A DNA stretch of 64,000 bases from a virus (Duplodnaviria; Heunggongvirae; Uroviricota; Caudoviricetes): positions 46,520 through 110,519 of IMG/VR virus record IMGVR_UViG_3300025387_000013; one strand, given 5' to 3'. Position 1 is the stretch's first letter; each line of letters starts with the position of its first letter. Positions 59,451-64,000 of the stretch are shown piece after piece. The notes under the pieces were generated by a model. The model saw nothing but the letters and a program-made list of their open reading frames with translations, made no database searches and had not been told where the DNA came from. A program made the position numbers and the translations under genes.

Positions 59451-60536
59451 ATGGCAAAGGTTTTAACAATTAGAGACCAGAGACAGAAAGAGTTTGCTGA
59501 TGTATGGCTTAAACATGGGAAGTTTGGTATACTAAACCTATGTCCTAGATTTGGCAAAATATACACAACAATAAATATATTAGAGCAATTACCAAAGAAC
59601 ATCAACATATTAATAGCCTATCCAGATCTTAAGATTAAAGACTCTTGGGAAACAGACTTTAAGACCAGGAAATATAAGAACAAAAACATTACATATACAA
59701 CACATCTATCTATTAAAAAGCATTTAGATGAGTGTTATGACCTAGTGATATTAGATGAGATACATTTGCTCTCTGAAGCACAAATAGAGGCTGTAAAGGA
59801 GCTGCAATACGTAGATATGCTTGGTCTTACAGGAACGCTCTCTAAGCACACAGAGAAAACCCTGAATGAAGAACTAGATATGTATGTTTTAGCTACATAT
59901 ACAATAGAACAAGCTATTGAAGAAGGTGTAATTACAGATTATGAAATCAATATTGTCAAAGTGCCTTTAGATAATATAATCATTAATGATTATAAGGGTA
60001 AGAAAAGAACAGAGAAGAAACAATTTGATAGTTATGGATGGGTGATTGATCAATTACAAAGACAAGATAAACCCACAATGTTCTTACGTTTAGCTAGAAT
60101 GAGGATTATACAGAATAGCATAGCTAAGCTGAATAAGACAAGAGCTCTATTGTCTAAATATAAGAATGAAAGGATTCTTGTGTTCTGTGGTGTAACTAAA
60201 ATAGCAGATGGTCTTGGAATTCCTGTCTATCATAGCAAAGCTGGAGAAAAAGAAACCTTTGAAGCTTTTGCTAAAGGAGAAGGAAACCATTTAGCTGTTG
60301 TTAGAATAGGTAACACAGGAGTAACATATAAACCTCTCAATAGAGTGATAATTAATTATTTTGATAGCAATGGTGAAAACCTAGCACAAAAGATTAATAG
60401 ATGTATGGCTATGGAATATACTAATCCAGACAAGAAAGCCTACATAGACATCATATGCTCAACAGAGGATGTAGAACAGAAATGGCTCAAGAGTGCTCTT
60501 GAGTTTTTTGATAACACAAAAATTAAATACGTATGA
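59451..60536 (+). CDS. SF2 (DEAD/DExH-like) DNA helicase (361 aa)
   Basis: Motif I LCPRFGKI, motif II LVILDEIH and motif III LGLTGT. Confidence 0.6.
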   Translation: MAKVLTIRDQRQKEFADVWLKHGKFGILNLCPRFGKIYTTINILEQLPKNINILIAYPDLKIKDSWETDFKTRKYKNKNITYTTHLSIKKHLDECYDLVILDEIHLLSEAQIEAVKELQYVDMLGLTGTLSKHTEKTLNEELDMYVLATYTIEQAIEEGVITDYEINIVKVPLDNIIINDYKGKKRTEKKQFDSYGWVIDQLQRQDKPTMFLRLARMRIIQNSIAKLNKTRALLSKYKNERILVFCGVTKIADGLGIPVYHSKAGEKETFEAFAKGEGNHLAVVRIGNTGVTYKPLNRVIINYFDSNGENLAQKINRCMAMEYTNPDKKAYIDIICSTEDVEQKWLKSALEFFDNTKIKYV

Positions 60537-60730
60537 AAATTGAATTAGTAGAAGAAACACAGTTTAACAAAGAACCTTGGTATTCTGTTCGAGTGAATGA
60601 TGTTTACATCATTGGAACAGGAATTAAGAAGAATGCAGAAGAGCTTTATGACAGAGTTGTTAAAGATCCAAGTCTTGTAGAAAAGAAGATAAATATTTTG
60701 AAATCTGAAGAAATTGACGTAAATTTATAA
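60533..60730 (+). CDS. Hypothetical small protein (65 aa)
   Basis: ORF, overlap-coupled. Confidence 0.35.
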   Translation: MKIELVEETQFNKEPWYSVRVNDVYIIGTGIKKNAEELYDRVVKDPSLVEKKINILKSEEIDVNL

Positions 60731-60748
60731 ACCTAAAAACAATAAAAA

Positions 60749-60991
60749 ATGGCAACAAGAAAACCAGTTGTAAAAGCAACACCAGTAAAAGAAGAACTTT
60801 ATGCATTCGTAGATTTTGTTAATGAAGAGTTGATTTCACCATTAACTCTTGAACAATTAGAAAATAAATTCTGTGAATTTAATGAGTTTGAACTTGCAAT
60901 TGTAGAAGTGGTAAAACTTTCTACAGGAGAAAAATATACAGTAACATTAAAAAAAGATTTTGTTCTTACTTTAAACAAACAAGATGTCTAG
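60749..60991 (+). CDS. Hypothetical small protein (80 aa)
   Basis: ORF. Confidence 0.35.
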   Translation: MATRKPVVKATPVKEELYAFVDFVNEELISPLTLEQLENKFCEFNEFELAIVEVVKLSTGEKYTVTLKKDFVLTLNKQDV

Positions 60992-61655
60992 TAAATTAAT
61001 CGGAATTGTTGGTCAAACAGGGACTGGCAAATCAACATCAATCAAGCACCTAGATCCAAAAGAAACCTACATCATTAATGTAGCAAAGAAAGAGCTTCCA
61101 TTCAGAGGCTCTGAAAAGCTATATAATGATGACGCTAAGAATTACAAGGAAATAGATAGAGCGGATCTTATTATAGATCAACTTTTAAAGATTTCTAAAA
61201 ACGCACCACACATTAAGAACATCATTATCGAAGATTCAAACTACTTAATGGGCTTTACACTATTGGATCAAATCTCTATCAAGGGCTTTGAGAAGTTTAG
61301 TATAATGGCTAAAGAGATGGTTGAATTATTTAAGACAGCTAGAAAACTGCGTGATGATATCAAAGTGTTCTATTTTACTCATCCTGAAACTATTGAAGAT
61401 GGTGGAGAGATTATAGGATATAAGATTAAAACAGCAGGTAAATTAATTGACAACCAAATTGTGTTAGAAGGTTTATTCACTGTATGTCTTTACACTCATG
61501 TTGATGAGGGAAAAGATGGTGCAGCAACATACAACTTTGTAACCAATAGATTTAAGAAATACCCAGCCAAGAGTCCTGATGGTATGTTTGAAAAGATTTT
61601 AATTCCAAACAACTTACAGGAAGTGGTAAATTCAGTAGATAATTATTATAAATAA
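60984..61655 (+). CDS. P-loop NTPase (AAA/Sak4-like ATPase, 223 aa)
   Basis: Walker A GIVGQTGTGKST and Walker B-like IIIEDSNY. Confidence 0.55.
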   Translation: MSSKLIGIVGQTGTGKSTSIKHLDPKETYIINVAKKELPFRGSEKLYNDDAKNYKEIDRADLIIDQLLKISKNAPHIKNIIIEDSNYLMGFTLLDQISIKGFEKFSIMAKEMVELFKTARKLRDDIKVFYFTHPETIEDGGEIIGYKIKTAGKLIDNQIVLEGLFTVCLYTHVDEGKDGAATYNFVTNRFKKYPAKSPDGMFEKILIPNNLQEVVNSVDNYYK

Positions 61656-61666
61656 AAAGCAAAACT

Positions 61667-62536
61667 ATGAGCAGTATTGGTGGTAAAAAAAGGGAAAAAT
61701 TAGAAGTTACGGAGTTTAAGAAATTCGTAGGACTATTTGAAGCAACAGTAGTAGCAATTAATCCTAGTGTAGAGGAATTCAAAGACATATTAAATATGGA
61801 ATTGAAAGAAGACTCTAAGCAAACTGAATATCTAGGAAAGAGTAAAGATGATAATCAATCTCTTAGAATAGATATTTGGTTAGAAGAAATCAAAAACCAA
61901 GAGAAGTTTAAATTGGTATTCTTCTTAGAGAATAAAGAGAAGGTGAGTAAAGATGGTCTTAAGAAACAATATATCAATAGTGTAGGTCAATGTACTTGGG
62001 CTGAAGATCCTAATGATATTCCTGATTGGTTTTCTAGTAGGGATTATCGTGTAGCATTTGAAGGTGAAGAGAATTTATTTAAGTTCTTACGTTCATGGTT
62101 AGGTGGTCTTGATCTTAAAGATGCTGAATCTACATTACAATTAGAATGGAAGAAGTTAATGAAAGGTAATGTTAAAGACCTTAGAGACTTGATTGGTGGT
62201 GAACTAACAACTAATGTCGTTGCTTTAGCTACAATTAAAACTGTAGAGAAAGAAGATGGTCCTAAGTCTTATCAAGGTGTGTTTAACAAAGCTTTCTTAC
62301 CTCCCTATCACATTAAACATTTTAGATTGACAGATTATAGTAATCCAGCAATTCTTAAAAGTATTAAAGATAAGAAGCCTAAAGATCTTAAACCTCACGA
62401 ACGTTTTATTAAAGATGTTACAGGTGAATATGGTTGTCCAGACTTTTATGTATTAAAAGATCTTAAAGAATATGATCCAAGTGATAACTTAGTTGAATCA
62501 GACAAGGTTATTGCTGATGATGATGGAAGTTATTAA
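61667..62536 (+). CDS. Hypothetical protein (289 aa), possibly a ssDNA-binding or annealing partner of the ATPase
   Basis: ORF. The assignment rests on synteny only. Confidence 0.4.
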   Translation: MSSIGGKKREKLEVTEFKKFVGLFEATVVAINPSVEEFKDILNMELKEDSKQTEYLGKSKDDNQSLRIDIWLEEIKNQEKFKLVFFLENKEKVSKDGLKKQYINSVGQCTWAEDPNDIPDWFSSRDYRVAFEGEENLFKFLRSWLGGLDLKDAESTLQLEWKKLMKGNVKDLRDLIGGELTTNVVALATIKTVEKEDGPKSYQGVFNKAFLPPYHIKHFRLTDYSNPAILKSIKDKKPKDLKPHERFIKDVTGEYGCPDFYVLKDLKEYDPSDNLVESDKVIADDDGSY

Positions 62537-62600
62537 TAGTTCCCCCTCCAAAAGAAAGGGCCTCACGAAAGTGGGGCTCTTTTAATTAATTTATTAGTGT

Positions 62601-63602
62601 ATGATAAAAGGAAAGAAAAGAGAAGAACTCATACCAGAAACTATATTAAGCAAGATTAGTGAGTATGATATATTCAGATATTACATGCCACATCCATTTA
62701 AACTTAATGTTGTAACTCTTTCTCCATTTAGAAAAGAAGACAATCCCTCTTTTATAATAGGTAATAAACGTGGGTTTATATCATTTATAGACTTTGCTGA
62801 CACTAATAAGAGAGGAAACTGTTTTCAGTTTGTCAAGATGCTATTTAATCTAACATCATTTGATGATGTACTTAGAATGATAGATAGAGATTTTGGTCTA
62901 GGTATATCTAATGGAGCAAGTGGACAACTGTATAAGCAAATAGTATCTGCTTACAAACAACCTGAAATGGAGAAACGTTATTCTCTTATTCAAGTGAAAA
63001 CTAGGAAGTTCACTAAAGAAGAATTAGCTTATTGGAATCAGTATCATCAGGACATACAAGATCTTAGAGATAATAATGTATATGCAATCAAATCTGTCTA
63101 TCTAAACAAGAGTAAGTTTCCTATTCCAGAGAATGAACTTACGTTTGGTTATCTGTATGAGGGGCAGTATTGGAAGATTTATAGGCCATTTGCTGATAGA
63201 AAGAGTAAATGGGTGCCTAACAATGTTCCTATTACAACTATGGATGGTAGAGAAGACATACGCTATTGTAATACAGCATTCATCAATAAGAGCAAGAAAG
63301 ACTATATGGTGATGAAAAAGATATTTCCATGTAGCTGTGCTGTACAAAATGAAGGTATAGGCTGTTTCTCAACTGAGAATGTGGAATATCTAAAAACTAA
63401 TTCTGATATACAAATCTTGAGCTTTGACAGTGATGTTACAGGTGTAGAAAACAGTCAGCAAATAACTAAGCTGTTTGATTTTGGCTATTGTAATGTTCCT
63501 AGAAAGTATTTAACAGAAGGTATTAAGGACTGGGCTGATCTGGCCAAAGAACATGGTATGGAAGCAATTAAAAATTATTTAAAGAAAAAAAATTTATTAT
63601 GA
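62601..63602 (+). CDS. DnaG-like DNA primase with a degenerate zinc-ribbon (333 aa)
   Basis: LSPFRKEDNPSF...ISFIDFADTNKRGNCFQFV parallels the DnaG Zn-ribbon CPFHxExTPSF...CFGCG but has lost the cysteines. C-terminal LSFDSD TOPRIM-like acidic motif. Confidence 0.45.
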   Translation: MIKGKKREELIPETILSKISEYDIFRYYMPHPFKLNVVTLSPFRKEDNPSFIIGNKRGFISFIDFADTNKRGNCFQFVKMLFNLTSFDDVLRMIDRDFGLGISNGASGQLYKQIVSAYKQPEMEKRYSLIQVKTRKFTKEELAYWNQYHQDIQDLRDNNVYAIKSVYLNKSKFPIPENELTFGYLYEGQYWKIYRPFADRKSKWVPNNVPITTMDGREDIRYCNTAFINKSKKDYMVMKKIFPCSCAVQNEGIGCFSTENVEYLKTNSDIQILSFDSDVTGVENSQQITKLFDFGYCNVPRKYLTEGIKDWADLAKEHGMEAIKNYLKKKNLL

Positions 63603-63746
63603 CAATAAATGATCTTGTAGAATGTATTCAACACCAAATAGAATGGTTATCTACAACAGAAGAAGATGAAATAAAATGTATAAGTATTGAAAATCTAGAA
63701 GGAATTTTAAGCGAATATTTTGAAAAAGAAATAAAAATATCAGAAA

Positions 63747-64000
63747 ATGACTGAGACGTATAACACAACTAAGGAACTTATTTTAAGTGCACCAGTTCCT
63801 GCACAAACAAGAACATATAAGCCAGTGAGTCATGCACAATTGATTGATCTTACATTAAATGGCATTGAGAAAGCAGGTTTTACATTAGATAAGGAAACTT
63901 ATTCATCTGCAAAAATTGGTCAGATAGCTAATGGTAGATTTAGTATTAGTAATGTAGCTGATAGTGAAATGCAGCTTCAGATTGGTTGGCAGAATAGTTA
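63747..64000 (+). CDS. Hypothetical protein, partial (runs off the window 3' end)
   Basis: ATG at about 63747 (MTETYNTTKELILSAP..). Open to the window end. Confidence 0.35.
   Translation, partial: MTETYNTTKELILSAPVPAQTRTYKPVSHAQLIDLTLNGIEKAGFTLDKETYSSAKIGQIANGRFSISNVADSEMQLQIGWQNS

Noticed and set aside
1-64000. Stop-codon reassignment or suppressor tRNA (as seen in some crAss-like phages)
   Set aside because: Long ORFs are intact under the standard code and the single tRNA has a sense anticodon, probably UGU. No evidence for recoding.

Overview
This 64 kb window is entirely phage-like. It is AT-rich (about 31% GC), and the leader contexts, lipoboxes and S/T-rich structural proteins suggest a Bacteroidota host, possibly a crAss-like phage. 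The organism assignment is inference only.

The genome is organised as two divergent arms meeting at a regulatory hub at about 40.2-41.9 kb.

- **Minus strand, 40234 down to 1:** one long late or structural transcription unit. It runs from a putative glycosyltransferase-like gene and small DNA-binding proteins (HU-like, wHTH, Zn-ribbon) through a terminase large subunit, portal, an SPFH/band-7 domain protein, scaffold and major capsid protein. Tail proteins follow, including a tail-collar-domain fibre, then an intrinsic terminator. A second unit begins with an HTH-metallophosphoesterase. It continues into a 1889-aa fibre-like protein carrying perfect tandem T/S/P-linker repeats and four consecutive giant proteins (912 to 1130 aa, plus one more than 1067 aa that runs off the window). 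One of these carries a lytic-transglycosylase-like domain. They are candidate ejected or internal virion proteins.
- **Plus strand, 40466 to 64000:** an early and replication arm with many small ORFs. It includes a signal-peptide glucosaminidase fused to an FkbM-family methyltransferase, tandem Zn-ribbon paralogues, and a complete phage-encoded tmRNA with an unusual 27-codon tag ending AVAA. A tRNA and a tiny lipoprotein gene follow. The family B DNA polymerase is interrupted within motif A by a group I intron that carries the conserved P, Q, R and S elements and a GIY-YIG homing endonuclease. Further along are a free-standing HNH endonuclease, a DnaB-like helicase, an SF2 helicase, a P-loop ATPase and a DnaG-like primase with a degenerate zinc ribbon.
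- **The hub:** a 16-bp perfect palindrome TGTTCCACGTGGAACA recurs four times as close variants. The hub also contains G-quadruplex-type G-tracts, and a roughly 1 kb ORF-free structured region ending in an intrinsic terminator.

No integrase, CRISPR array or reverse transcriptase was seen. Manually derived coordinates (RNA genes, splice sites, hairpins) may be off by 1-2 nt.
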